Of a stretch of 64,000 bases of DNA, positions 1-13,954 are shown one piece after another. The stretch is from the human T2T-CHM13v2.0 reference genome, Homo sapiens. The stretch's first letter is position 1, and the number at the start of each line of letters is the position of its first letter. The position numbers were made by a program, and so were the translations under genes. The stretch lies in NCBI RefSeq assembly GCF_009914755.1, contig NC_060937.1; one strand, written 5' to 3'. The notes beneath the pieces were generated by a model, which did no database searches, was not told the origin of the DNA, and saw only the letters and a list, made by a program, of their open reading frames with translations.

Positions 1-136
1 ATTATGAAAACTAAATGACAAAGGTGTGAACAAACATACTTTGTAAGTTATAAAGTTTATAATCTCAAGTTGCTATTTATTATACTTCAAGTTAGATGCC
101 TTTTCCCAGCTATGTTTTGTTAAATTCTAATACTTG

Positions 137-210
137 GCCCCAAATTCAGCATCATGCAATATATTCATGTAACAAACGTGCACATGTACCCCTAAAATCT
201 AAAAAAAAGA
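137..210 (+). mobile_element. L1 (L1PA/L1PB-type) extreme 3' end with poly(A)
   Basis: CCCAAATTCAGCATCATGCAATATATTCATGTAACAAACGTGCACATGTACCCC followed by an A-run matches the primate L1 3' terminus. Confidence 0.75.
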
Positions 211-214
211 TCAT

Positions 215-700
<486 letters not shown>

Positions 701-1391
701 AAAAAAAAAAATTCTATTGCTCAGTTGCTTGGGTGGCACCTAACCTCAGGCAGTTTCATGAAGCTGCCCAGCCTCAGAGCTCTCATTTCCTCACTGTCTC
801 CTAGTTTTCCCAGGGAATTCCCTCAGCAGGGAATTCCAAGTTCCTGGGTCACTGTGTTGTTCACCCAAATCTGCCCTCTCCAAGTAGCAAGGTCCACCCC
901 ACAGACCCTCTTCCTCCTCCCAACTAGCACCTCCCGACCCCGAGAAACTTGTCATTCTCAATATCTTTCCCTTCTAGTCTTATTTTCAGATTTTTCACCC
1001 AAAGCGTAGCTTAAATGCAATAGATTTCTAGATCAGAAAAGAGAGATGAGTGTGAGGGAGAGGGTGTGACTTTTCATTGGCCTTTCAGTGGCTCTGCATC
1101 AGCTTCTTTAGACCTTGGACTCCAAGAAGCCCCTCTGGATCACCAGGACCCATGGTTAGCCAAATCTTTTCCTAGAATCCTATTTTAACAAACTTAGAGA
1201 AACTTCTAAGTTCCACCTTCTTCTGCTCTGATGGGGAGGGGTGGGCTGTAAATTGATGTAATCAATGGAGAAGACGATTTGCCGTTGTTTCAAACTTAGG
1301 ATGCACTTCCTGTTTGTCCCTACAATATCACTTCCGAAAGTTTTTCATAGGAAAATAATCAGAGATGTTTACATTGAAGTTTTATTTATAA

Positions 1392-1748
<357 letters not shown>

Positions 1749-2102
1749 TGAGGATGGTACAGGGCAACATCATCTTAGGGTGCAGGGTGTTGAGGGAAGG
1801 TAGGGTCAGAGGCTGAAGGACTGGAAGGGAGACGTGGGGATTAAGTAGGGAATCTTGGAGGGCCTTGTTTCAGTGTCTCGGGTGGAAGCTGACTGCTTCA
1901 TGTCATCTGAGGCTTCTGCCGGTCTTTGGAGGTCAGTTTATTTCATATTGTCATGTGTGTCTGGGGGCTCCTGCAAGAACCTCAGTTTAAGGTTTTCTGC
2001 TGGGGGTGGATTTCCACTTGGAGTAAGACTTGCATTTTTAATATTGTGAAACGTGAACCCAAGGTTGTACTTCTGGTAGCTTTGCTGTGTCATTAGTGAC
2101 TC

Positions 2103-2575
2103 AGTAGGCTGAATAATGCGTCCCACCAATGGCAGGGAAAAGCTCCTCCCATTCTGAAAATGTGCAGACTGGGATTGAAATATATGCATTCCCAGGAGAC
2201 CTTAGGAGTTCAAATCCCCTTTAACTGTGGATGTTTCCATACTCGTTACCAAAGACCTTGCAGATATGATTAAATTAAGGGTCTTGAGATGGGGAGGCTG
2301 TCCTGAATTATCTGGGTGGGCCCTAGTCATCAGGGTCCTCATGGGAAGGACACGAGGAGGTCAGAGGAGGAAGCAGCAGGCAGGAGAAGTGATGGTTGGA
2401 GGGAGGCAAGGAGAGGCTGCTCTCCCAGAACTGCCAGGAGGAACCAACACCTTGAAATTCACCCAATGAAACGGACTCAGTCTTCTGCCCTCCAGAAGTG
2501 TCCGAAAATAAACTTGAGTTGTTCTAAGCCAGAGCATGTGGGACCGTGTGAGAGCAGCCACAAGAAGCCAGTACA
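2103..2575 (+). mobile_element. MLT1D-like MaLR LTR inserted in the ERV integrase C-terminal region
   Basis: GTAGGCTGAATAATG start; TTGCAGATATGATTAAATTAAGGGTCTTGAGATGGGGAG core; ends CAGTACA. Confidence 0.75.
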
Positions 2576-3409
2576 GGAGGACAGAATTGGGTCCCTTCCA
2601 TCTGGGTTCAAGGTTTGACTTTCATTGGTGTCTTTTCCGGAAGGCCAGGTCTCGAACCTGAAGATTGTATGAAGGCTGTGGTGGGACGTCTGGGGAGAGG
2701 CAGCCTGGACCGTCGGGGGACAAGCATGAGTGCGCTGTATGAGAACCTGGCGGTACTGAGGGTGGGACTGGCTCAGATTCAGGTCTCCTAAGGTCCAGGA
2801 GGAGTCAGACTTGCACTGGCGGGTGGCAATTATTTCATAAGAGGATAGTCAGTGTTGACTGAGGGGAGGATTGAGGGATCTTCCGGACTAGAGGCAAGAC
2901 CGAGGACTAAGGCAGGCTAAGGTCCTGGGAGTTTGGCTGTTTGGAGCTGAAGAGCTCCCTTGGCTCATTCTGTACTTCCAGAGGATTGAGGGGGTGAGGA
3001 CAGTGCTGCTCTTGTGAGTGGTAGCACTCAAATGATCGTATTGGAGAAGCGAGTCTCTCTCTTGCTGGAGAGAAACAGAGATTCCTCCGGTGGGGAGAAT
3101 TCTTTCCAGCAACAGCTTGGCTTCAGTGATGGCAGTGGCTTGTTTGCAGGGAAAAGCTCCTCTCATCTGAAAATGTGCAGGCTGAGATTGGAATGTGTTC
3201 ATTCCCAGGAAACTTTGGGAGGTGAACAAATCCATTTGCCAGTGGAGAGGGACCGGAGAACTGGCTATCGTCCCCCTTGCCCTTGCTCCATCTCTGCTTG
3301 TGACCAGGACTGTTTCTGGCAGTCAGGGCAAGTTGAGGTTGCCTGGACCACCAGTACTTGTGGATTTCCTTTGCTGCGATGTGTAACGTTGTGGAGGTCG
3401 TTGGACTGC

Positions 3410-4143
<734 letters not shown>

Positions 4144-4499
4144 ACTGTATTTCAGGGGAGGGACATGGGAGAGACCGAGCAGTCGCCTGGGTATCTCCAA
4201 GCCCCAGCTGAGTGGATAAAATACCCAGTCTGGTTCCCAGGAGCCCTTTCAGCCTCCGTGCCAGCAGCCACTATGCCTTGAGTCTCCTAAGTCAGGCTTC
4301 CATCCCTAGAGGAGACTGGGCAGTGGAGGCAGGCAGTGGTTGAGGAAGAGTCGTCTTAGGAATTGGCTATCTTAGCATATTTGTCAGCCAAGGACTTTCC
4401 TTGCGCTTCAGGGTGTTAACGTGAACTTTCATTTGAGAATAGCTAATTTCTTGAGTGACAGTAAAGCCTCTTGTAAATTAGCCTCTTGGGTTCCATTTT

Positions 4500-5870
4500 T
4501 AAAATTGTTTTTTATTGTGGCAAAATATATATAACAAAAAAATTTATTATTCTTTTTAATTTTTGTAAATTGTTTTATTTCTTCCATGATGATTTAGGGG
4601 ATTATCTTCAAATCAGTACAAATATTTCATAAATAATATCTGGCTGTTTTCTAACCAACGGAGTAATTTGTGGCACAATAAGCTACATCACATCTTTCAG
4701 CAAGAAATACATGAAATTTGAATAGTAAAGACATTACATATGAATCAGGACACAATTAAAATTTGCTTTAAATATTTCTTTGGGGGAGAGGACTCCACAC
4801 TTCTATTCAATGAAAAGAAACATTTTTACAGTCCAGAGGTCTTTTTTTAACACCTATTATGCCATGAATTCACAGGGAAAAGGTCCCAGAAGCACTGGCC
4901 CTTCCCACTGGTTCTCACAAAGTGTGCTTCTCTGGGTGGAGCAGGCTGGCACTTCAGTTGCACCCAGGTACCTTTCTCTTTGGCTTGTTTCTTTTTCTGA
5001 TCATTGTCCTTCACGCGTGTCAGGAAGCTCTCTTGGCTCTTAGAGTGCTTCATGTGCTCAATACACATATCAGTTCTCTTGGCAGGAATCTTGCCCTTAA
5101 CTTGTTGGTTTACAACAAAGCCAACGGCATGCTGGGGAACACTGTAGACTCTTCCAGCTTTGCCATGGTAACACTTGTTGGGCTTCCTTTTTGAACAGTT
5201 CCCATTCCCTTGATGTCTACAATGTCACCTCTCTTATAGATTCGCATATACGTAGCCAAAGGAACAACTCCATGTTTTCTAAAAGGTCTAAAGTGACTCT
5301 CCTCTCTCCCTTTGCTTTTGTCATTTTGGCGAATTACTGGAATATGGCGGTTCTGGCTGAAAAGGCCAAAATTGATTATTTTAACCATTTTTAAGTGTAT
5401 AGTTCAGGGGCATTAAACGCATTCGCATTGCTGTGCCACCAGCACCAACATTCATGTCTAGAACTTTTTCATCTTTCCAAAGTGAAACTCTGTGCCCATT
5501 AAACACTCACTTCCTGTCCCCCTCCCCTGACCCCAGCGCCATTCTACTTCCTCTCTTACGAATTTGACTACATAAGGGACGTCATATAAGTGGGATCAGA
5601 CAGTATTTGTTCTTTTGTGACTGGCTTATTTCACATAGCATAATGTCCTCAAGCTTCACCCAGGTTGTAGCAGGAACTAGCATTTTCTTCCTTTTTAAGG
5701 CTGAGTAATATTCCATTGACATACACACTGTGTTTTGTTGATCCATTCATCTGTTGATGAACACTGGTTGTTCCCACCTCTTGGCTCTTGTGAACAACGC
5801 TGCTGTGGACGTGGGGGTGCAGGTATCTGCTTGAGTCCTGCTCCCGGTTCCTTTTGGGTTCCGTGTTGAG
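4500..5870 (-). mobile_element. L1MB 3' end, interrupted by the RPL21 retrocopy
   Basis: TTTTATTGTGGCAAAATATATATAAC (4510) continues as TTAACCATTTTTAAGTGTATAGTTCAG (5381), followed by typical L1MA/MB 3' UTR sequence. Confidence 0.8.
4552..5367 (-). pseudogene. RPL21P: Processed pseudogene of 60S ribosomal protein L21
   Basis: Intronless. Pyrimidine-start 5' UTR, ATG at 5324; translations include [35 protein letters not shown] and [49 protein letters not shown]; stop at 4857-4859; frameshifting indels; AATAAA at 4574-4579 (minus), A-rich tail, TSD AAAATT(T/G)ATTATT at 4539 and 5368. Locus number not identifiable. Confidence 0.97.
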
Positions 5871-6611
5871 GGCTCCCCGGCACTGTCCTGAACTCTCTTT
5901 GTTTCCATAGCGTACCCAAATCACGTTGGAGCCCAGGCGTCTGCTTGCCCTCTGAGTAACTGTTGGCCCTATCACCTTATGCCTGGGGGTGAGCTTGTGT
6001 CTGTGTGGCCACTCAGGCTAATGTAGCCTCAGGAACTGGCCCTCCATGGGTGTGGGGAGCTGTGGGGTGTGTCCTGTCTGAAACTCCCCCTTTGTGCTCC
6101 AAAGGTAGGAGTCTTCTGCTAAGAAGGTGACTTGCGGTGTTTGAGAGGAGTTTGGCAAGGCTGGGGTGAGGATGAGTAGAAGACAGATGGCGAGGCATGG
6201 GGAAGTCGTCCCTCAGAGGGGGCAGGGAGGGGCTGCACTGAGGTTGGGAAGGTGGCGAACAGCAATAGGAGCGGGGCATACTGGGATTTCATAGCAAGTG
6301 AGTCTGGAAACAGAAAAGTGTTGGGTGTTCCCAGGTCTGAACCACATGGGGAACACTGAGGTCAAGTGGATGGCTCAGAACTCGGTCAGCAGTGGGCTGG
6401 ACTGACTTGGGGGCAGTGGTAACTGCACACAGCCAAGAGGCTGATGCCAGAGCCACAGAGTCCAAGGCTGAAGTGCCTGATTAATCGGCCTTTGGCCGCC
6501 ATTGTATTCTTCAATGAGGACAACTGAGGCAGGTCCTGCCCTTTCATGTGTAGAAAGGCAGATTGGCCATGGGTAATGGGGAGTCTAAGTGGGGGAAGAA
6601 AGTCTGGAGAA

Positions 6612-7037
6612 TGACATGGTTTGGATCTGTGTCCCCACCAAATCTCACATTCAATTGTAATCCCCGATGTTGGAGTAGGGCCTGGTGGAAGGTGATTGGA
6701 TGACGGGGGTGGGTTTCTCATGAGTGGTTTAGCATCATCCTCTTGGCTTTGTTCTTGTGATAGTAAGTGAGTTCTTGTGAGATCTGGTCATTTCAAAGTG
6801 TATAGTTCCTCTCTGCTCTCTTTCTTTTGCTCCTACTCTGGCCCTGTCATGTGCCTGCTCCCCCCTTCATCTTCCGCCATGATTGTGTTGCCTGAAGTCT
6901 CCGCCAGAAGCTGAGCAGATGCCAGCATCATGCTTCCTGTACAGCCTGTGAAACCATGAGGCAATTAAACCTCTTGTCTTTATAAATTATCCAGTCTTAG
7001 GTATTTCTTTATAGTAATGCAAGAACGGACTAATACA
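6612..7037 (+). mobile_element. MSTA LTR
   Basis: TGACATGGTTTGGATCTGTGTCCCCACC...GGACTAATACA; TSD GAGAA/GAGAG. Confidence 0.88.
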
Positions 7038-7420
7038 GAGAGGATTTGAGGTTTGAAATGTAGACATGGAAGGAGAATCCCAGGCATAGGATTCAGTGAC
7101 AGTCTCCTTAGTCATAGCATCCAAGGAAGATAAGATGGGGGAAAGTTAGGGATCCAGTTCTGTCAGTAGCCAATTTTAGAAACCCCCTGTGTCATTGTTT
7201 GGTCTCAGGGAGAGGGGAGTGGGTGGTAGTGTTAATTTCTTTAGGGAATAAACTCTCCCCTGAAGGGAAGATATTGTGTCCCAGGTAATGCAGTGGGGGC
7301 TGCATAATTGCATTTTTTCTTTAGAGACCTTGTGGTCCTTGTAGGTGAGAGCTTGGAGTAAATGCTGGATGTCAACTGCAAGCTGCCAAAATCAGAAAAG
7401 CAGAGAAGATAGTCATCTAC

Positions 7421-7836
7421 TGATATAGTTTGGATGTTTATCTCTTCCAAATCTCATGTTAAAATGTGATCCCCAGTGTTGGAGGCAGGGCCTGTGGGAG
7501 GTGTTTGGGTCATGAAGGTGGATGCCTCATGAATGGCTAGTTGCATTCTCCCGGTAGTGAGTGGATGCTCACTCTTAGTTCACATGACATCTGGCTATTG
7601 AAAAGAGCCTGGCCCTTTCTTCCCCCTCTCTCTTGCTCCCTTCCTCTTGTCATGTGACACTTGCTCCCCTTTACCTTCCACCTTGAGTGGAAGCTTCCCA
7701 AGGCTTCCCCAGCAGCAGATGCTGGTGCCACACTTCTTGTGCAGTCTGCAGGACTGTGAGCCAAATAAACCTCTTTTCTTTATCAGTTACCCAGGCTCAG
7801 ATATTCCTCTACAGCAATGCAAAACGGACTAAGACA
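7421..7836 (+). mobile_element. MSTB LTR inserted in the ERV RT catalytic motif
   Basis: TGATATAGTTTGGATG...GGACTAAGACA; TSD TCTAC/TGTAC. Confidence 0.88.
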
Positions 7837-9789
7837 TGTACACACTGGATGAGGACAGGGCTTTAGAGAAAAGTTAAATCCCTCAGGTTTGCATTTAGGG
7901 TTCAAGAGAAATAAGTAGGGCTCAGTAAGCCCCTGAGACACAAAAGTCCATCTGCATTGTTGTTTTTTCCATGTGAAGGCAATAAGTCTTGTAAGCTGAG
8001 GTGAAGAAGTATACTGAAAACTCAGAAGAGTATCACTGAAGTGAGTGGCCAGGTGAGCTAGAGGCCAGGGGAGCTAGAGGCCAGGGTGTTGCTGAAGTTA
8101 GGAACTGGAGGAGTTCTGGGTTTGACTATTTTGTTTATTGTTTCTGTCTGGGACTAGGTAGTTTCCCTCACCATTAGTCTGCTTTTTGGGGAAGATGGTG
8201 TTATTACAGGGATTGGGCATGGGGACAAAGAGCCCCTGGTCAAGGAAGCCTTGAATTATGCAACCATGTTGGGAGGGCATGGAAAGATCTATTTCAGCCT
8301 CTCAAATTTGGTCTACATCAGGTGAGTAAGCAGCCCAAAGGAAGTCAGGTGTTGCAGTGAATATACACTACAGGTACTATGTACTTGAGAGTTTAAAGGG
8401 GGTTCAGGGGCTTTGAACAGGAGCAAGAAAATGTAAGTGGTCAATGAGAGTTACACAAGGACAAAGGTTCACAGACATGGAGTCGGGGACTTCAGGGGCA
8501 GGCCCTTGGCAGCGCCAAGAATACTGGAATTCAGGTTGGGGAGGAGCTCTCCTCCCAGAAGGTTTGCTCAGGGTTGTGAAGCTGAGTAGGAAGCTGTGCT
8601 GGGCACTCAGAGGTCCTAGTGAGAAAGGAAGAGGTTTAGGTAAAGTCAAGTCATGTAGGAGATGACCAAGTATGGTTTTCGTGCTCTAAGCATGGTCAGA
8701 AAGTAAGAGGCGCTCGTGGTGGAACATTGCCCCTGAGTCCACGAGGAAGGTGGTGTGTGGCCATCGATGGGCTGATGAATTCTCTTCATGCATCTGGTTA
8801 GTGTGGGCACACAGGGGAAGTTCCCATGGAAAAAATGAACTGGGGAGATGGACACTTACTCCTTTTTGCATCTTAAGGCTAGACAATCCAGAGTCTTTAT
8901 TTATAATATCTACACTTCTTTACAGTATCTTCAAGAATCCCAATCTGTGGGGGTTTGGAGGGAACAGATTGCCTTGGCTTGTTTTCTCTGAAGTGTTTAA
9001 GTTGTGAAACCATTAGTTTGCACTGTGTTTACTTGACTTTTTCTGCAATGGAGTCCTCATGTTTTTGGCCTAGTACATGCATTTCAAAGAGAGGAGCATT
9101 TTGCTAATTTACATAGTGTTTTTGGCTAACATCCTAATTACTGGTGTAAGCCATTTATGAACCTAGTGACCAAAGTAGGAGCCATCTGGATGTTCAGAAT
9201 GAGACCAGAGCAGTCCTTCCAGATATTGTCTACTTTGTGTCTACAGGGAGAGACAGATTCATCTCTGTTGACTGCAGTCTTTTGTCTCTTTGACTAATCA
9301 GTTTTTGAGGGATGACAATGGGAACAGATTCCGAGTTTCTCCACTATGGTTTCAGCCTCAGGGATGTTCTCATTTCTTGAAGGTTCTTGTGAAAAGGCCC
9401 ATCTGGCTTTTTCAAACCAAAAAGAGGCATCTCCAGGGCCCACTGACAGATGAGCACATTGCTAAAAACCAGGGACCATATGCCCCTGGGGACTGCATTA
9501 ATGTCTAAATTCTTCCCTATGTGTATGGGGTCCAGAAACAGCAGCATGTAAATGTGAGTGACAGCAAGGCACGGAATCCTGCTCACGTGAGTGCTCAGAT
9601 TATTGGCTTTCCATCACAAATGGAGAAGGACATAGCCCAAGCTGGGATGAAGAGCTGGCACAGGGCTGGCTGATAGAGGCTGGGAGGGTTGGGGAGGGCA
9701 AGGTCCGGGGACTTGCAGGGGACAAAGGAAGAGATAGAAGCAGGAATCTAAAAACTTCCCAAGAAAAGCTCAGATGGCTCACCCTTTAC

Positions 9790-9991
9790 TTGTACTACTA
9801 TTCAAAGAAGAATTAGTATGAATTCCTCACTCACTTCCAGAAAATAGAAGAGAGGCATGCCTCGCCACGCATTTTCTGAGGCCAGCATTACCCTGATACC
9901 AAACCCACACAAATATTTTGCAAAAAGAGAAAATTCCAAACCAATATCTCTTATGAATAGGGACATAAAAACCCTCAACAAAATGCTAGCC
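9790..9991 (+). mobile_element. L1M ORF2 reverse-transcriptase fragment
   Basis: ORF 9857: FSEASITLIPNPHK...RENSKPISLMNRDIKTLNKMLA, matching L1 ORF2. Confidence 0.85.
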
Positions 9992-10419
9992 GATGGTGAG
10001 CGTCCGTTGCACCTCCCGGACACTGGTTGTTTTCACTCAATCCTTGTATGTTTTGATTTTGTTCTTTAGGTTAAGCCTGTTTTCCCTCAGCTTATTTCTG
10101 TAACACCATCTGGGATAAAATGTTAAAATACTTTATAAGTGACTTTATTTTTTTTTCACTTTGCATGCCAACATTTCTTCATCCATTACATGTAATTCTT
10201 TTTAAATGCTTACACAAAGGGGCCCATTTTCTATTTATATAAATTTCATGACATATTTCTGTTTTATCTTGACTTTCTCCTTTTAAGTAAATTTGATATC
10301 TTCCTCTCCTCTAAGATACATTTTTTCTCTGTCTAAAATGGCCAGGTCAGCTTTCTACCTCTTTTTTTAATTTTGTTTTTTAATTTTTAAATTTATATAT
10401 ATATATTTATTTTTTTTTT

Positions 10420-11235
10420 ACTGGCAAGGACATGGAGCCACAGGAACTCTTATTTATTGCTGGTGGAAATGCACAATGGTACCGCCACTTTGGAAGACAC
10501 TTTGGCAGTTTTTTACAAAACTAAACATTTCTTACCACGGGATCCAGTAGTCATGCTCACTGGTATTTACTCAAATGAATTGGAAGCTTATGTCCAAACA
10601 AAAACCTACACACAATGCTTATAGAGCTTTATCTATAATTGCCAAAACTTGGAAGCTACCAAGATGTCCTTCAGTAGGTGAGTGAATGAACTGTGGTACA
10701 TCTAGGCAATGGGATGCTATTCAGCACTAAAGGGAAATGAGTCGACAAGCCTGAAAAGACATGGAAGAAAGTTAAATGCATACTAAGAGAAGGAAGCCAA
10801 TCTGAAGAGGCTGCAGACTGTACGACGCCAATTATACGACATTCTGCAAAAGAAAAATATGGAGATAATAAAGAGATCAGTGGTTACCAGGTGTTACAGG
10901 GGAGAGAGGGGCGAGCGGACTGAGCACAGATGCCTTTTAGGGCAGTGAAACTGTTCTGCATGATACACAATGGTGGGTACATGTCGTTATACATTTGTCC
11001 AAACCTATAGATGTACAACATCAAGAGTGAAACCTAATGTAAGTCATGGACCTTAGGTGCTAATGATGTGTGGATTTATGGAACGTAACAAATATGCCAC
11101 GGAGACGCGAGATCTTGACAGTGCCAGGGAGGTGGCGTGTGTGCGGAGACAGCAGGCATATGGGAACTCTGTACTTTCCACGCAATTCACCCTTGAACCT
11201 AAAGCCAATCTAAAAATAAAGCTCATTAATTAAAA
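10420..11235 (+). mobile_element. L1MC (MC1/MC2-like) 3' region
   Basis: GGCAAGGACATGGAGCCACAGGAACTC...GGGAACTCTGTACTTTCC...AATAAA. Confidence 0.8.
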
Positions 11236-11289
11236 TCATAAATAAATAGCATCTTGAATAAAAACATTTTTCTTTTAACAAATGTTAGC

Positions 11290-11830
11290 CAATTACTTTA
11301 AAAATAATTTTTGGAGGCATAATTTAAACACATTAAAATTGACTTATTTTAGGTGAATAGTTTAATGAATTTTGGTAGCTGGATACAGTCATGTCCCCAT
11401 CATCACAGTGAAGATAAAGAATGGTTCTATGCCTCTGAGTAATTCCTGTTAACTCCTCCGTGGTAGAGTCCCTCTCCCCAACACCTGGCCCTGGGCAATC
11501 ACTCATCCACTTTGTCACTACAATTCTGCCTACCTAGGTGTTCTCATCAATGGAATCATACAGTACATAGCCTTTTGTTTTTGCTGTTTTCACTGATTAT
11601 GATTCTCCGGATATCCATCGATGTTATTGCATGCATTTTAGTCCATTTCTTTTTTTTTTTATAGTGGAATAGTATTCCATTGTATGAATCTACCACCTGG
11701 TGTTGGATATTTGGGTTGTTTTCTAATATTTATTTGAGATGAGTATTACAAAACTGCTATGAACAGTCATGTAAAACTTTTTGTATGAACATAGTTGTTC
11801 ATTTCCCCTTGGAAATGAACTATTATACTT
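11290..11830 (-). mobile_element. L1MD/ME 3' fragment
   Basis: GGAATCATACAGTACATAGCC...GAATAGTATTCCATTGTATG in the L1 antisense pattern. Confidence 0.65.
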
Positions 11831-11879
11831 GGGAAGGACTAATAACTTTTCATCTTTGAAATTTTTTTTGCTTAAAACA

Positions 11880-12125
11880 AAACATTTATTATTATGATTA
11901 TTATTTTTATTTCAGTGGTTTTCGGGAACAGGTGGTGTTTGGTTGCATGGAAAAGTTCTTTAGTGGTGATTTCTGAGATTTTGGTGCATCCATCACCCGA
12001 GCAGTGTAGACTACACCCAATGTGTAGTCTTTTAGCCCTCACCTTGCTCCCACCCTTCTACCCGATTACCCAAAGTCCATTATGTCATTCTTATGTCTTT
12101 GCATCCTCATAGCTTAGCCCCCATA
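11880..12125 (-). mobile_element. L1PB 3' end
   Basis: GGGAACAGGTGGTGTTTGGTTGCATGGAAAAGTTCTTTAGTGGTGATTTCTGAGATTTTGGTGC is characteristic of L1PB1. Confidence 0.8.
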
Positions 12126-12127
12126 CT

Positions 12128-12271
12128 TCTTTTTTTAAAAATAGAAACAGGGTCTGTCTCTCTCACCCAGGCTGGAGTGCAGTGGTGTGACCATAGCTCA
12201 CTGCAGCCTTGAACTCTTTTTCAAGCCTCCCAAACCACTCGGATTAAAGCCTTAAGCCACTATACCCGGCC
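12128..12271 (-). mobile_element. Internally deleted AluJ or FLAM
   Basis: CACCCAGGCTGGAGTGCAGTGG...CTCCCAAA...CCCGGCC, about 140 bp. Confidence 0.75.
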
Positions 12272-12465
12272 TACCAAATCACTTTTTTTTTTTTCTGATC
12301 TTGCTTCTTTAACGTTTTCCTTGCTCTGTAGTTGACTTCTATCTTTCATGCCTGTCTTTGCAAACTTCCTAAGAGTCTATCTCCCTAGGGAAAAGAAAAT
12401 CTCATTTTGGGAGATTGCTTACCTTTCACAATTAAAGAGGTGCCACTCCCACACAAGGGTTAAGA

Positions 12466-12795
12466 GAGTAGGTTAGGGGAGCTGCTCAGGAGGTAAGGGT
12501 TGGATTAGGGGAGCTGATCAGGGGTAGGGGGTGGTTAGGGAGCTGCTCAGACGTAAGGGGGTGGTTGGGGAGCTGCTCAGGAATAGGGGGTGGTTAGGGG
12601 AGCTGTTCAGGAATGGGGGCGGTTAGGGGAGCTGCTCAGGGGTAAGGGGGTGGTTAGGGGAGCTGTTCAGGAATAAGGGGTGGTTAGGGAAGCTGCTCAG
12701 GCATAAGGGGTGGTTAGGGGAGCTGCTCAGGGGTAAGGGGTGGGCTGTGGAAGCTTCTCATCCCTTACCAGGATGGTTTGAGGAGCTGCTCAGGT
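12466..12795 (+). repeat. G-rich ~30-bp minisatellite (VNTR), about 10 units
   Basis: AGCTG(C/T/A)TCAG recurs at 12480, 12511, 12541, 12571, 12601, 12630, 12661, 12691 and 12721; unit approximately GGGGTGGTTAGGGGAGCTGCTCAGGNNTAA. Confidence 0.95.
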
Positions 12796-13222
12796 GTTTA
12801 GAAGTTTGTGTTTTTCTTGTCAGGGACATAAGCCAGAGCCTAGAAAATTGGAAAGAATCTATCAGCCTCTGTGACTGAATTCAGATGGCTTTGAGCGTTT
12901 TTAGTCGGCAGTAGTAGTGTAGAGTAGAATGTACTGGAAATTGAGGTTCTCGTCATTGGCGCAGATGTGTGTGTGAGTTTGACGGGGACGGGCTCAGCAG
13001 GTGAGGCAACAGTCTTGCTCGCATTCATGTTTGGGGTGTGTGGAGGCTGGAGGTGGGAGACGAGCTCTCAGTCCCCGGTCAGCCCCAGCTCTCATGACTT
13101 GCAGGACTGTGGACATGACATGAGGTGTCTGCTGCCCTCTCTGGTTCTTTCTGTTCAATCAGAGACAATGTTTTCACGTAGATTTTTGTCCCCAAACAAT
13201 TCACTAATTGAGTTGTCACTAA

Positions 13223-13618
<396 letters not shown>

Positions 13619-13954
13619 TAAGGGAGTGTTAATGTGACAAGGAAGGATGTGCTGATCTATGGCAAAAGGAACTTCCGGTTAAGTGGCCAGCCAACGCAAC
13701 CATCAGTTAATAGAGGACTGGGAAATTGAAATTGCAAATCTGATACTGAATATCGTTCTTTAGTCACGGGGAATGTTTTCCATTTTAAAAAGATGTTTTT
13801 CTTTAATAACATTTTAAAGTATGTTTTTGAGGTTTTGATACAGATGGCTAAAGCTCAATGAGCCGTTCAACTTGTAGAAAATAATAGGAAGAATTTCAAA
13901 AAGAAATAAGCAAGTCGTTTCACCTCCTTTGTTTGAGGACAACATTGCCTGCTC

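Noticed and set aside
715-903. Possible 3' LTR remnant of the ERV1 provirus
   Set aside because: Purine tract plus TG start is suggestive, but there is no second LTR to compare and the family is not recognised
4857-5324. Functional RPL21 gene
   Set aside because: Intronless, frameshifted, with poly(A) remnant and TSDs
12466-12795. Interstitial telomere or chromosome fusion site
   Set aside because: TTAGGG occurs singly per unit, not as tandem (TTAGGG)n or head-to-head arrays
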